Source of the DNA: Pseudomonas phage vB_PaeM_GXNNA8
Length of the DNA: 64,000 nt
Strand: one strand, 5' to 3'
Sequence record: PV400810.1
A program made the translations under genes and the position numbers. Each line of letters begins with the position of its first letter. The stretch's first letter is position 1. The notes under the pieces are model-generated. The model was given only the letters and a program-made list of their open reading frames with translations. It searched no databases and was not told the DNA's origin. Shown here in pieces: positions 36,641-47,075 of the stretch.

Positions 36641-36667
36641 GTAACCCTGGGCGTTGCCCAGGGTTAC
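36641..36667 (-). terminator. intrinsic terminator upstream of the terminase start
   Basis: GTAACCCTGGGC-GTT-GCCCAGGGTTAC perfect 12-bp stem, followed by UUGAUUGUUAUAGGGUUUUCG on the minus strand. Confidence 0.55.
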
Positions 36668-36692
36668 TCTTTAACTATAGGATCAACCGCCG

Positions 36693-36878
36693 TTAACCTT
36701 CGGGTTCCAACCGAGTCCGTTCGTGAATGATGACGTGCTTAGCGCCGAACACCACCACTTCCGTCTTCTCACCGTTCTGAAGAATAACCTCTTGCGAGAT
36801 ATCTTCAGGCGTCTGGACCCGAACCACTACTTCCTTATCTTCGGTACAATGAGCGGTTACGTTAACCGTACTGGTCAT
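36693..36878 (-). CDS. hypothetical small protein
   Basis: 61-aa ORF between the structural block and the terminase, followed by a perfect 12-bp hairpin terminator. Confidence 0.3.
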   Translation of the reverse strand: MTSTVNVTAHCTEDKEVVVRVQTPEDISQEVILQNGEKTEVVVFGAKHVIIHERTRLEPEG

Positions 36879-36890
36879 TTTGTTTCCTCC

Positions 36891-38615
36891 TTAAGGAAAT
36901 TCAACCGTTACACCGGTAACGGCCAGTTGCTTCTCATCACCAGACGTTTGGCGTTCTACCCAACGAAGGAACCAGGTCTTGCCCTTCTGAAGTTCAATGT
37001 TGATGGTGTTGTTCTTATTCCAATCCGAGATCGGATACCGCCAGGAACGCCCGTCTTCATGAACCAGGTAGAAATGAGTGGGTAAAGGAGCTTTCTCTTC
37101 ATCGAACCGATTGAAGCTAGGTTCGACCCCCCAATACAACGCTTTCAGCCAATCCGTTTGATTACCGTACCCGTTGGCCACATTGACCGTGGTAGCGACT
37201 CCGGAGTTCTTAGCGACAATGAACTTCGCTTCGTACGACGGTTTATTCTGCGAGAAGGACACGTCAAAGCGTTTACCCGGCCCATTGATGTCTTTATACA
37301 ACACAATGGTGGTGTACTGCCGGAAGATCACACTCTCGTACTGACTCGATACATCCCTCAAGTTCAAGTTAAAGATCAAAGATTGAGCAACCCCGTAGGC
37401 GGAAGGCCGCCAGACTTCACTCTTCTCATTGAACTTCACTTGAGCGGTCACATCAATGGCTGTTTTCCGATCCAGATCCAACAGCCAATGTTGGAGTCGA
37501 TACCCCGAAATACTCGGATCCCATTGCGGGAAGGTGTAGATCTTCGGCGAGTAAGCGCCTTTAACAGGACCGGCTTCTACCGAATAGGTTCGACTGATAT
37601 GATCAGGACTCCCGGGTTTGGCAATGTAATGCTGTTCATTCGCTGCCAGTTTAAGGGTCAGAACGATCTCACCCTCTTGACCCGGCCAGGTGGGACGCCA
37701 TTCATTCAACCCATACAGGTTGAACCGTTCGCCGTTCACCGGCATGGGCGCACTGGTGCTGCCGTCTGAGTAATGAATCACCGCCCTGAACTCAATAGCC
37801 GTTACCAATACGTTCACCGGAATGATAATCTTCTCCGTATTGAGCGTGTTGGTAAACCACGGTGTGAGCAGTTCAATCTCCGTGACATACTTGGTACCAA
37901 TCTGGTGATCCCGCATGTACGCACAGTGCTGGACCATTACAGGTTGAACCGGGGGAATGAAGTTACCCCCCTCGTCATAGAACACCAACGTACAACGTGT
38001 ACCGTCTTTCAGGGCTTCCTCGTTCTCCGTGACACTGAAAGGACCCGTGGTCATAATCTCCAGGTTCGTACGATCTACGATCTCAGCCAACTTGGTAGGT
38101 ACCTTGTTGCTGATCATATTCGCCGACTTGTCGTACTGAGCACTGATGATCCGACCGTTATCACTGGCGTCGTTACCGAGGTAGAGTTTAGCGTACGCTG
38201 CACCGGGTCGCATGATGGTGCTGTCAACGCGCGCCACGTTAGGCCGTTGACTGTAGTCCACACTCAGCAAGGCTTCACCCAGCAGAGGACCCCCTCGTAG
38301 ACCGAAGATCCAGTCTTGTTCAGTCGTAGTACCGTCCTCACTGGTCCGAGGTTCCCACGGGACCAAGGTAGACTTCAAGGTCTTCCCCTGATAATCCACA
38401 TGAATCACCTCCAGGAACTGTTTATTAGGTACATCAATCACCAATTCCCGTTCCCGGGGGACTACGTACTTAACAATGTCCTCCGGCGGATGCTTGTCCG
38501 GATCATAGATGTCAGGCAGGTAATGGATCCTGTACCGTTGGCCGTCATTCTCAGGAGCCAAATCAGTACCCGCCACCGCTCGCTCAGCACTCGTGCTGGG
38601 TTTGTTGTCAAACAT
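36891..38615 (-). CDS. hypothetical protein (putative virion/structural, by position)
   Basis: 574-aa ORF packed tightly with the 870-aa and 292-aa genes between the terminase and the tail sheath. Confidence 0.45.
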   Translation of the reverse strand: MFDNKPSTSAERAVAGTDLAPENDGQRYRIHYLPDIYDPDKHPPEDIVKYVVPRERELVIDVPNKQFLEVIHVDYQGKTLKSTLVPWEPRTSEDGTTTEQDWIFGLRGGPLLGEALLSVDYSQRPNVARVDSTIMRPGAAYAKLYLGNDASDNGRIISAQYDKSANMISNKVPTKLAEIVDRTNLEIMTTGPFSVTENEEALKDGTRCTLVFYDEGGNFIPPVQPVMVQHCAYMRDHQIGTKYVTEIELLTPWFTNTLNTEKIIIPVNVLVTAIEFRAVIHYSDGSTSAPMPVNGERFNLYGLNEWRPTWPGQEGEIVLTLKLAANEQHYIAKPGSPDHISRTYSVEAGPVKGAYSPKIYTFPQWDPSISGYRLQHWLLDLDRKTAIDVTAQVKFNEKSEVWRPSAYGVAQSLIFNLNLRDVSSQYESVIFRQYTTIVLYKDINGPGKRFDVSFSQNKPSYEAKFIVAKNSGVATTVNVANGYGNQTDWLKALYWGVEPSFNRFDEEKAPLPTHFYLVHEDGRSWRYPISDWNKNNTINIELQKGKTWFLRWVERQTSGDEKQLAVTGVTVEFP

Positions 38616-38626
38616 GAATATCCCCT

Positions 38627-41239
38627 TTAGTCACTGTTACTTACTTCAAAGTGGCCTTCAATGACACAGACAGACTTCAAGTAAAGGTCGTTCACTTGCT
38701 TAATGAAGACAAACTGGTTGGGTGTTACCGAGAGCAGTTCATCATTCGCGTAGGGCATAATGGCAAAATAGCGGAGGTCGTATTCCCGAATCACCGGGTC
38801 ATACTTTAACCACCACTTGTACGGACTGACCTGTTCCTCAATGAACTGAGGACTGTACGTCTCTTCACCGTCTACTCGATTAGGAACCACCAACAACCGG
38901 TTCTTAATCGCATTCACCACCACATTCAGGAAGGGGCTGAACAACCGGTACTTATCCTGAAGGGTCGGTATCACCGGATCCACCAACGGCTTAGGACAGT
39001 ATTCCGTTAAGTAATCACTCACCCGTTGATCAATCTCCCGACTCTCTTTATACCCTGGGAAGTTGTCATAGGGGACGACATACTTAATGGGTTGGAAGAC
39101 ATGTTTGACCATGTACGGTAACCCATTGAGGTGATTCCAGAGGTTATCTGGAGAAGACAGCTCGGCCGTAGGCACATCGTCCGTTACCACCAAACGACCT
39201 CCAATGACGGTACGCGTTACCCGGTCTTCCCTCAGGTTATACCGTTTAAACCGTCCGATCACCCCACCGTCCACAAACCCGAGTTCGGTTTCTACCTTAG
39301 GACGTTCCTTATCCTCCCACAGGTCATGGCAACGCACCACAAACTGTTGAGCACCCGGTCGAATGAACTGTTTATTGATGATGTAGCAGTACCCGTTGTC
39401 AAAGATCCAATCGACATTATCAATCAATGGATGACCGTTCATCCAAATATCGATTTGAGCAGGAATCAAAGGGACTGCCAATCCACCCGGTTCATAGATG
39501 TGGGTAATGGCAAAGCTCAAGCTGTGATCAATGTGATCCAGTTCAAACCCATAAGCCAAGGTCCGGGTATTGAAGACCACTACCCCACGTTGGTTAACGG
39601 GATCCAATCCTTTCCAGACTAAGACTTCATTAACCACCTCGTAGATCTTCTTATCCCCAGTGACATCCGTTAACGCACCGGTGATTTCCCCTCGATCCAC
39701 ATTGAAATGACTGGTATACACCCTGAACCCATCAAAGGGGTCTAAGGGCAGATCGGTATTGGTTACCACATAGTCCAACGTTCGTCCGTATTGACCACAG
39801 GTGAACTCAACGAGTTGACACTTCGGATTCCGAGGTGCGTAGTACCGAATATTGTTGACATTGTGGTATTCCAACAGGCACCCGTTCTCATCATGTTCCC
39901 AAGCGGTACAACTGACTCGGTAACTGATGGGGATCTCAACCCCTCGACCACCCGCCTCGTATACCGCTTTAAGGGGAGTTTCACTGAGGACCCGAGTCGC
40001 CGCATTGTACCCCACTGCTTTACGAGCGCCCTCTACGGTCAGCGCTTTCATTTGACTCCGGGTAAAACTCATCACCACCCCAGCTTCCAGATTAGGAGCG
40101 GTCCACTCCGGTACCGTTGCTCGATCACCTGTCATGGCTTTAAGGATGTTTTCATCAGTCATCCGGTAGAGGTAACGGATCCGTTGATTATCATGTGGCC
40201 AAGGATATTCCCAATCCGTTTTACGAACCAATACCAGGATACGAATATCCTTCACCTCACTGAGGTCCTTGTGGTAATTACTCGCGGCTTGGATCTGGTC
40301 ATCCGCGATGGCAACATCCACATGAGTCAACTGACGAATCGTACTCACCGCATTCCGATGGAAATACAGACCTGTCGACCCTTTACCCAACAGGTAGTAA
40401 TCGTTGTCATCAAAATACCGAAGGGTAAAGTCCCCTGGGCGTTTAGGAGGATGCAGGATCAGTTTCCGTTTCTTATCCAAGGTGGAATAGAAGTCTTGCA
40501 GGGTGTTGTACGCGTACAGCTCCGTACGGATCACAGTGGGGTCATGGAAGAACTCCACTACATCCCCTAGGACCAAATTAGGAATCGACCCTGGATTACC
40601 ATGCCAATAGACCCCATTCACTGTTACCCCGGTAAACCCAGGCTTGGCTTTACAGGCTAAGTAGCGGTTATTAAAGACCGCCAGTTCAGCCTGACTCTCG
40701 TACACCATGGTCTCATAGACGTACGGGTTACTGGCAGCATTCGCAGTTTGTTCATTCTTCGCCACGTCACTGGAAGCGGTGTAGCATCGAAAGAACATTT
40801 CCTGACCCGTTGGCATGGGGTAGGTGTTATACTTCTCCAGGGCGATAAACGTGAGCTTATCGTACGTCATCATGACCCAAGCTTTATTCCGGCTGTACTG
40901 GTACCCTTTGGTGTTGTAGATATCCAGCTGAACACCCCGGCGTTTACACAGCTCGGCCAGGTTCATCCACCGGTCTAAGGGATTCCGTTTCAGTAAGTTG
41001 GTATGGAAGTTCCAATACCCTGCATCTAACCCCCCTACAGAAAAGACGTAATAGAACGTATCCCGCTTAGGCAAACTCCGCCATTTGCCCATAAAGGAGA
41101 AGTTGTCCACATCTCCGTAGTAGTCACTGAGCCGTACTGTACGCACCTGGTACTGGTTATTCTCTTCCGGGTTACCCCACAGGTGGTCTGTCGCGTAGGC
41201 CAGCAATGGGTTATCCGTATCAAACCCTTTCATGGTCAT
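38627..41239 (-). CDS. hypothetical protein (putative virion/structural, by position)
   Basis: 870-aa ORF with an ATG start, 6 nt after the upstream gene. Confidence 0.45.
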   Translation of the reverse strand: MTMKGFDTDNPLLAYATDHLWGNPEENNQYQVRTVRLSDYYGDVDNFSFMGKWRSLPKRDTFYYVFSVGGLDAGYWNFHTNLLKRNPLDRWMNLAELCKRRGVQLDIYNTKGYQYSRNKAWVMMTYDKLTFIALEKYNTYPMPTGQEMFFRCYTASSDVAKNEQTANAASNPYVYETMVYESQAELAVFNNRYLACKAKPGFTGVTVNGVYWHGNPGSIPNLVLGDVVEFFHDPTVIRTELYAYNTLQDFYSTLDKKRKLILHPPKRPGDFTLRYFDDNDYYLLGKGSTGLYFHRNAVSTIRQLTHVDVAIADDQIQAASNYHKDLSEVKDIRILVLVRKTDWEYPWPHDNQRIRYLYRMTDENILKAMTGDRATVPEWTAPNLEAGVVMSFTRSQMKALTVEGARKAVGYNAATRVLSETPLKAVYEAGGRGVEIPISYRVSCTAWEHDENGCLLEYHNVNNIRYYAPRNPKCQLVEFTCGQYGRTLDYVVTNTDLPLDPFDGFRVYTSHFNVDRGEITGALTDVTGDKKIYEVVNEVLVWKGLDPVNQRGVVVFNTRTLAYGFELDHIDHSLSFAITHIYEPGGLAVPLIPAQIDIWMNGHPLIDNVDWIFDNGYCYIINKQFIRPGAQQFVVRCHDLWEDKERPKVETELGFVDGGVIGRFKRYNLREDRVTRTVIGGRLVVTDDVPTAELSSPDNLWNHLNGLPYMVKHVFQPIKYVVPYDNFPGYKESREIDQRVSDYLTEYCPKPLVDPVIPTLQDKYRLFSPFLNVVVNAIKNRLLVVPNRVDGEETYSPQFIEEQVSPYKWWLKYDPVIREYDLRYFAIMPYANDELLSVTPNQFVFIKQVNDLYLKSVCVIEGHFEVSNSD

Positions 41240-41244
41240 AACTG

Positions 41245-42123
41245 TTACCCGTTGAGATCATACGTGTAATCGATGTTCTTAAGGAAGGTATCCAGGATCC
41301 CTTTGTTGTATTTAGGATCCAATGCCATTCCCAGCGGTGTTTTATTCAGCGCCCTGAAACGTGCTGCACCATAGACAAAGGCCGTCAACAAGCAAGGTGC
41401 TTCAGACGCAGCTTCAAAGACCTGTTTCCCCAGCCCCGTAAAGGCCAATCCACCCACCACAGCAATGAAGTCCTTAAGACCCATCCCTTTGAGTTTATAC
41501 AACACAGGATTCTTACGAATCTCACTGAGGAGGTCTTCCAGCTTACTCAGATGAGGGAGATCGGCAATGACCCCCAATACAAAGTCTTTTTCCATCCCGT
41601 ACACATTACGCAGGACATTCTCAACTACAAAGACCAGGTCATTGTTCGGGTTCTCTTGAAGACAAACCACATAATACCCAATCAACACCTTCAGGGTCGA
41701 AGACTCTACGATATCCAAACCACCCCGCATCGTTAACCGTTGGGTTAGCGCGTCACTAAAGGCTTTGGTTACCATATTGCGACTCAGCTTAACCGGACCG
41801 AAGTTCAACTCAGCAACATCCTGTTGTAGAAACGCCGCCAGTCGCATAATAGTCAGGTCATTCTGGTTCGTGACTCGGTTCTGTTTATCCCGGTACGGAC
41901 GTTCGTCATACACCGTAATGGTTTGGCGGGTATGGGTCTGTAAAGTAATCGGAAAAGCAATGGTCGAAAACGGAACGTTGGTGGCGTGCGTAATAACGTA
42001 GACCTTGTCTTTCTTAGTGGGAGACAGATTGTTAGTCAGATGAAGGGTTTTGATGACTTCGTCTACGTGGTGAGACGCCCGGATCACTTTACCGACCGTG
42101 GTGTCATAGGCATTGATCAGCAT
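41245..42123 (-). CDS. hypothetical protein
   Basis: 292-aa ORF, first gene of a minus-strand operon divergent from the sheath gene. Confidence 0.45.
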   Translation of the reverse strand: MLINAYDTTVGKVIRASHHVDEVIKTLHLTNNLSPTKKDKVYVITHATNVPFSTIAFPITLQTHTRQTITVYDERPYRDKQNRVTNQNDLTIMRLAAFLQQDVAELNFGPVKLSRNMVTKAFSDALTQRLTMRGGLDIVESSTLKVLIGYYVVCLQENPNNDLVFVVENVLRNVYGMEKDFVLGVIADLPHLSKLEDLLSEIRKNPVLYKLKGMGLKDFIAVVGGLAFTGLGKQVFEAASEAPCLLTAFVYGAARFRALNKTPLGMALDPKYNKGILDTFLKNIDYTYDLNG

Positions 42124-42232
42124 GGTAGATATTCCTTAAAATAACATGTTATGTGACAGTGCCTTATTACACTGTACGGCCCTGAAAATGGGTTCATACG
42201 ATTGCTTCAAACTTTTCCCCCACGAGGTTGCC

Positions 42233-44401
42233 ATGACTGTTTTCAACAGAATCGTCCCTGGAAAGGTGGACATTAGTGGGATTCGGGACAACTCTATTCC
42301 AGAATATGACACGTCCCCGCCAACCACCCCGCTCCACCTTCCTGTTATCCACGGTATCTTCCCCAAAGGAAAACTGGCGTCTAAAGCAGGCACCCAATGG
42401 GTAGCCCCCCAAGACGTCAAAAAGATCTTTGGTGACATTTTCGACGAGAAGTCGCCCTACTACAGCCCAACGTCGGTCCTGATCCAGGCCCTCGCCCTGG
42501 GTCGCCAGAACACCATTGGTATTCGCCGCCTCTCGGTCAACGAAGTGGTTTCGAAAGCCTCGCTCTCTGCGTTTGTTCAGAAAGTGGAAGTTCAAGCCTA
42601 CGAGCGGGATGCCAACGGCCGTTGGAAGTATAACGAAAACGGCGAGCGTATTCCGATCCCGGGTAAAACCTACCCGAACGGTCTGAACATCGAAATCAAA
42701 ATCGATGATGCCGCAGCGGGTAAAGAACCCGGCGCGCTCGAAGTCCGCACCATCGCCGCCAGTGGTGATACCCCTGAAACCCTGGTACTCCCCCTGTTCG
42801 AAGGGGTGGCTGGTGTCGGTGACGAATACAACAAGTCGGGCCTTAACCTGGGTGTCCGTGCGGACGCGCTGAATTGGCGTTCCATTTCCGAATTCGTTCG
42901 GTCCACGGGGACTTTCCCTTACGACCTCCGTCAGTTCACCGATGGAGTCGATGGGACTCGTGTGTATTCGAAAACCACCCTCCAACAGGAAAGTGCCAAG
43001 TTCACCCTGTTCCCGGTGTCCCTCAACGGCGTTCAGTACAGCCTGCAAACGGGTTTCGGCTCCTTTACTGGTCGTAACAAGAACGCCCCGGGTAACCCGG
43101 TTCCGGCTCCGTTCAACGACCTGGTCGTTTACCAGGACAACATCGACACCCTGTGTCAGATGATGTATGTGGTGGAACAGCCGGAAAATGATACCCTGGT
43201 AGAAGTCGGTGTTCCCGGTGAGTACTACAAGCAGATGAACCCGTTCACCTGCACCAACCACAACGGCGCGCCTTACTACGCCATCACCACCTCGGGTGTT
43301 ATCAAGTGGGACCTGAGCGGCGCTATTAAATCCTCGGGCGGTATTTCGCCGTTCCTGGATAAGGACGGTAAGGTACCTGATTACGTTACCAAGCCGACAG
43401 TCAACGATCCCTTTGGTCTGCTGACTAACACCGAGCGTCCTCTCACTCACCTTCAGGCGTGGGAAATCACCAACAAACTGATGGTGGCGGATCTGACCAG
43501 TTACGTGAATGGTGTGGAAATGAAAGACACCACTCGTAACCGTCAATCGATCTTCTGGGATATTGGTTATTCCCAAGAAGTAAAAGATATCGCCGAGCAG
43601 TTCCTGGGTGCCCGTAAGGACATTCTGGTTGTAGCAGACGCCTGTGTCTGGAGACCGGGTGAGAAGAACAGTCTCGAAGAGATCTATTCTCGGGCTGCAA
43701 TGATCACCAATCGACTGCGCATGACGGTCGAGTCTGAGAAGTGGGGTACCCCAGCCTGCCGTGCAGCTGTGAACCTCATCGAAGCGAAAGTCACCGATGA
43801 ACCGACCGGCTGGTACTTCTCGGGTAACATCGACCTGGCCTATGCCTTTGCACTATGGGCAGGTAACATCGACGGTCTGATCGTCACTCCAAACGCACCG
43901 GATCATGCGGATAACCGTAAACTCCGTCTGATGCACTCCCCCAACATCGTCTTCGAAGAAGATGAAGTGGCGGCTGAGAACTTCAGCAACGGCCATATCT
44001 CCCTGAAGCCTTGGGACTGGAACGTTCAAACGTACCGTCCGGGTCTCCCCACCATTCACCCGAACCCCGACTCGGTCCTCAAGGACCTGGCTAACCCGTT
44101 CCTGTGCGTGGCGATGGAGAAGATCTCCGCGGATCAATGGCGCATCGTTTGTGGTGACCGTACCATCACCGCAGATAACTACGCCTCCATCATGAAAGAC
44201 GAGATCGAGAGCGCGTGCCGTAACGCGGTAGGGGGTGAAGTCTCCAACATCGTCGCAGAAACGTTCTACGAAACTGGAACGCTCGGATCCCGTGCGAAAC
44301 TGCGTGTGATTCTCCACGCTTGGTTTAACAAAGCCAAGTACATGATGGAATTCGATCTCTACGCTTACAACCAACAGGATCTGGCCACTACTGCGGCCTG
44401 A
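42233..44401 (+). CDS. tail sheath protein (candidate)
   Basis: About 720-aa plus-strand gene with strong GC3 codon bias (antisense artefact ORF 42194..43576). It is immediately followed by an about 300-aa gene, the conserved myovirus sheath-then-tube order (phiKZ gp29/gp30 sizes). The track start 42146 is an alternative; 42233 is MTVFNRIV. Confidence 0.5.
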   Translation: MTVFNRIVPGKVDISGIRDNSIPEYDTSPPTTPLHLPVIHGIFPKGKLASKAGTQWVAPQDVKKIFGDIFDEKSPYYSPTSVLIQALALGRQNTIGIRRLSVNEVVSKASLSAFVQKVEVQAYERDANGRWKYNENGERIPIPGKTYPNGLNIEIKIDDAAAGKEPGALEVRTIAASGDTPETLVLPLFEGVAGVGDEYNKSGLNLGVRADALNWRSISEFVRSTGTFPYDLRQFTDGVDGTRVYSKTTLQQESAKFTLFPVSLNGVQYSLQTGFGSFTGRNKNAPGNPVPAPFNDLVVYQDNIDTLCQMMYVVEQPENDTLVEVGVPGEYYKQMNPFTCTNHNGAPYYAITTSGVIKWDLSGAIKSSGGISPFLDKDGKVPDYVTKPTVNDPFGLLTNTERPLTHLQAWEITNKLMVADLTSYVNGVEMKDTTRNRQSIFWDIGYSQEVKDIAEQFLGARKDILVVADACVWRPGEKNSLEEIYSRAAMITNRLRMTVESEKWGTPACRAAVNLIEAKVTDEPTGWYFSGNIDLAYAFALWAGNIDGLIVTPNAPDHADNRKLRLMHSPNIVFEEDEVAAENFSNGHISLKPWDWNVQTYRPGLPTIHPNPDSVLKDLANPFLCVAMEKISADQWRIVCGDRTITADNYASIMKDEIESACRNAVGGEVSNIVAETFYETGTLGSRAKLRVILHAWFNKAKYMMEFDLYAYNQQDLATTAA

Positions 44402-44411
44402 GGAATGAAAG

Positions 44412-45320
44412 ATGGCTAACGAAACGAACTTCCCTCATCGGTCCAGTACGACCCTACTCCCGAAGTCCGATCCCTTCGTACGGGCTCTGGACCTGCAAAA
44501 CCGTCCGGTTATTAACGCCCAATTCGGGGGTATGTACGGTTGGGCTGGTAACGTCTTCGAGTATGTCAGCGCACAACCTCACGTCAGTCAACTGGGGTGG
44601 TGTATTGTCCTCTCGACTCCTGCTGCCTTCTCCCGACTGCCGGGTGGCACTGCGTTGCATTCGCTGTGTAAGGCGTGGTTTGAAAACCGTTCTCAGTCGT
44701 TCGAAGGTCTCCGTGACATGACTGAGGTTCAGTTTGCTCAAATGGAATGGACGGGTCACGTACTCTCCATTCCGTCGGGCGCTACCCGTTCAATGGGTCA
44801 AGTCACGCATACTGGTTACGATTGCATCGGTGAAGTGTTCACCAAGATGTTCAAGGTCTGGCAACAATGGCTGGTCATGGATTCGGAAGTCCTGAACGCC
44901 AAGATTGTCATCCTGGATAATCCGGGTGACATGCTGATCGATGAAGTATCGGTCTCGTGCATCTACTTCGAACCCACCCACACCATGAAGGACATTGCTC
45001 ACGCTGCCTTGGTGGTTGGTATGATGCCCCGTACCTCTGTTCCGATTGAAATCAAGCGTAACAAGAGCGAAGAAGGCGCAATCCGTCAGATCACCATGGA
45101 GTTCACCGGTTTGGTGGAATTCGACACCCTGGCTGTGAAACAGATTGCTCGTCAGATGTTGAAACTCCTTCCGCTGTACAACCCGGATGCCATTGCTGCC
45201 CCTCCGGGCTTCAAACAGCGTTCTGCGGCTGTCACCTCGTCGCCGTCCGGTACCATCGAACGGATGATCGATCAGAAAGCCCAAGTGGACGGCGCTGCCG
45301 GTCAGTTGTACATGGGTTAA
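44412..45320 (+). CDS. tail tube protein (candidate)
   Basis: 302 aa with an AGGAA RBS and the same high-expression codon bias, directly downstream of the sheath candidate. Followed by a bidirectional hairpin terminator. Confidence 0.45.
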   Translation: MANETNFPHRSSTTLLPKSDPFVRALDLQNRPVINAQFGGMYGWAGNVFEYVSAQPHVSQLGWCIVLSTPAAFSRLPGGTALHSLCKAWFENRSQSFEGLRDMTEVQFAQMEWTGHVLSIPSGATRSMGQVTHTGYDCIGEVFTKMFKVWQQWLVMDSEVLNAKIVILDNPGDMLIDEVSVSCIYFEPTHTMKDIAHAALVVGMMPRTSVPIEIKRNKSEEGAIRQITMEFTGLVEFDTLAVKQIARQMLKLLPLYNPDAIAAPPGFKQRSAAVTSSPSGTIERMIDQKAQVDGAAGQLYMG

Positions 45321-45341
45321 ACAAAAAAGGTGTACTGCATA

Positions 45342-45371
45342 CCCTCCCTACCCTTTGCGGGGTAGGGAGGG
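45342..45371. terminator. bidirectional terminator after the tail tube gene
   Basis: CCCTCCCTACCC-TTTGCG-GGGTAGGGAGGG, flanked by GTACTG direct repeats. A-run upstream on the plus strand (U-run for the minus strand). Confidence 0.5.
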
Positions 45372-45386
45372 TACTGTATGGGTTCA

Positions 45387-45791
45387 TTACGCTTGGCAGA
45401 AGATATTCCCATCTACGCACGAAACCTCATTGTTCTTGCGAATCATGACTTCTCTGAAGACAACAAAATCCTTCGAATGAGACGCATTGTGTTCCCCAAA
45501 GGGTTCGTGGTGCATGATGTAATGGTCCATCTGCTCTTCCGTAAAGTGTTCAGGAAAGGTCACTTCCCATCCATCATAACGGCGTTTGAAGATCGGGTCT
45601 GTGCAGTCCGGAGAATGCAGGATCCGTATCTTCCCTGCGTATACTCCTAACGAGAAGCTAAAAATACGACCGTTCTCTATTCGCTTAATGGAGTAACGCA
45701 TACCCTTAGCTTCTAGATAGCGCTGAACAACTAGCAGCACGATTACAGCATATGTGGTCAGAAGCACCGCATTTGCGATAACGTTGTACAT
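45387..45791 (-). CDS. hypothetical membrane protein
   Basis: 134 aa. The N-terminal hydrophobic helix NAVLLTTYAVIVLLVV is predicted to be a TM anchor. Confidence 0.4.
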   Translation of the reverse strand: MYNVIANAVLLTTYAVIVLLVVQRYLEAKGMRYSIKRIENGRIFSFSLGVYAGKIRILHSPDCTDPIFKRRYDGWEVTFPEHFTEEQMDHYIMHHEPFGEHNASHSKDFVVFREVMIRKNNEVSCVDGNIFCQA

Positions 45792-45803
45792 AGGTTTATC
45801 CTC

Positions 45804-46484
45804 TCATCGAACGTTAAGTTCGTCCACGAATGGACCGATTTTCTTCTTGAAGTTGGATATTTCTAAAGCGAAAATGTCCTTAGTTGAAGTGGTGAACCCA
45901 TCCCATAGATTACCTTTAGGACCATATTCCTCCAAAAAGGCCTTATTCAATTTCTTAGAACAAGGGGGTAATCCAGTGAGTACAGCAAACTCGTCGTACA
46001 GCTTTTGATACTTCTGATTGACGACATCCGTTAAGCGCTTAGTGGTGTGAATGACCAGCTCAACGAAGGTGTAGGAAGACATTCGAATAGTATCTGCCCT
46101 GATAGGCCGACAGGATTGTGAAATGAAACGTTCGTCCTCAGGTGTAAAGATCCCGTCCGCATAATACCGAAGAAACATCCACCCTACTCCTGGAGAGACT
46201 TCATAGGGATGACGTTTCGTAATAGGACGACCCGTCTCAAGTAACAGGATAATAGTGTAGATAAGCAAAACATCATGTTCTGTTAGATTATCCTGGTGGT
46301 CTATTAGACGCTTAGCGACGTTAAGGGAATCCAGCAAGTAGTAGTGGTCATACCCATCCTGATGATTATGCTTCAAGTGGTTAAAGACCTTGTGTACTAA
46401 ATCCGTGGGAATTCTACCGCCTAGGATAAGTTTGATGTCAGACAGTAATTTGATTTCTCCAAGGGTTTTCGCATCGGCTTCCAT
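45804..46484 (-). CDS. hypothetical protein
   Basis: The track ORF starts at 46544. The ATG at 46484 (MEADAKTLG) follows AAGGGAT. HxxH/DH-rich segment (LKHNHQDGYDHYY) with uncertain family assignment. Confidence 0.35.
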   Translation of the reverse strand: MEADAKTLGEIKLLSDIKLILGGRIPTDLVHKVFNHLKHNHQDGYDHYYLLDSLNVAKRLIDHQDNLTEHDVLLIYTIILLLETGRPITKRHPYEVSPGVGWMFLRYYADGIFTPEDERFISQSCRPIRADTIRMSSYTFVELVIHTTKRLTDVVNQKYQKLYDEFAVLTGLPPCSKKLNKAFLEEYGPKGNLWDGFTTSTKDIFALEISNFKKKIGPFVDELNVR

Positions 46485-46557
46485 TGGTGGTATCCCTTCT
46501 AGAAAAAAAAAATAAAGATTGGAACAGGGGGAGCAAACGCTCACTCCCCCAACAGGT

Positions 46558-47013
46558 TCAATCTACAACCGTCATGTTGACAAAGGCACCTTCTTTTTCG
46601 AACTGCTCACGAAGGCTTCCTGTCACACAATGTTCGTAGGCTGTTTCTGTTCCGCTGTTCATAACTTGGATATAACCGCTTTTAGCCTTACCGTTATCAT
46701 CCACCCCGAGGGTATAGAACCAGTTACCCGTCGGGTTGGTTATGAAGACTTCACGGGTAGCGAGATTGGTCTCACGGTGGTAGGAGAACTGTTTACCCAT
46801 GTCATTCCCAGGCTTGGTAAAACTGACTTGGACTTTTTCCGGGTACCCGATGGTCAGGGTCCACAGGTCACCTTGAGGAATCTGGGTCAGCTTGACCTCA
46901 GCACCGTCCTTCAAGGTGCAGTTGAACATGATTTCTTCATTACCCGCCGCATTGGCCAGTTGCAAGAACAGGAAAGTGAAGACGGTTGAAATAGACAGGA
47001 AAAACGTTTTCAT
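46558..47013 (-). CDS. secreted/periplasmic protein (signal peptide)
   Basis: N-terminal MKTFFLSISTVFTFLFLQLANA|AG is a typical Sec signal with an AXA cleavage site. 151 aa. Confidence 0.5.
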   Translation of the reverse strand: MKTFFLSISTVFTFLFLQLANAAGNEEIMFNCTLKDGAEVKLTQIPQGDLWTLTIGYPEKVQVSFTKPGNDMGKQFSYHRETNLATREVFITNPTGNWFYTLGVDDNGKAKSGYIQVMNSGTETAYEHCVTGSLREQFEKEGAFVNMTVVD

Positions 47014-47075
47014 GGAGTATCCTCATGTGTGCGAAAGTACATCCTTGTGGATGTTGGGTTTCATTCGTTTAGGTG

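Noticed and set aside
45804-46484. HD-domain phosphohydrolase call
   Set aside because: The H/D-rich segment (HNHQDGYDHYY) does not reproduce the ordered H...HD...D motif spacing. Evidence is insufficient.
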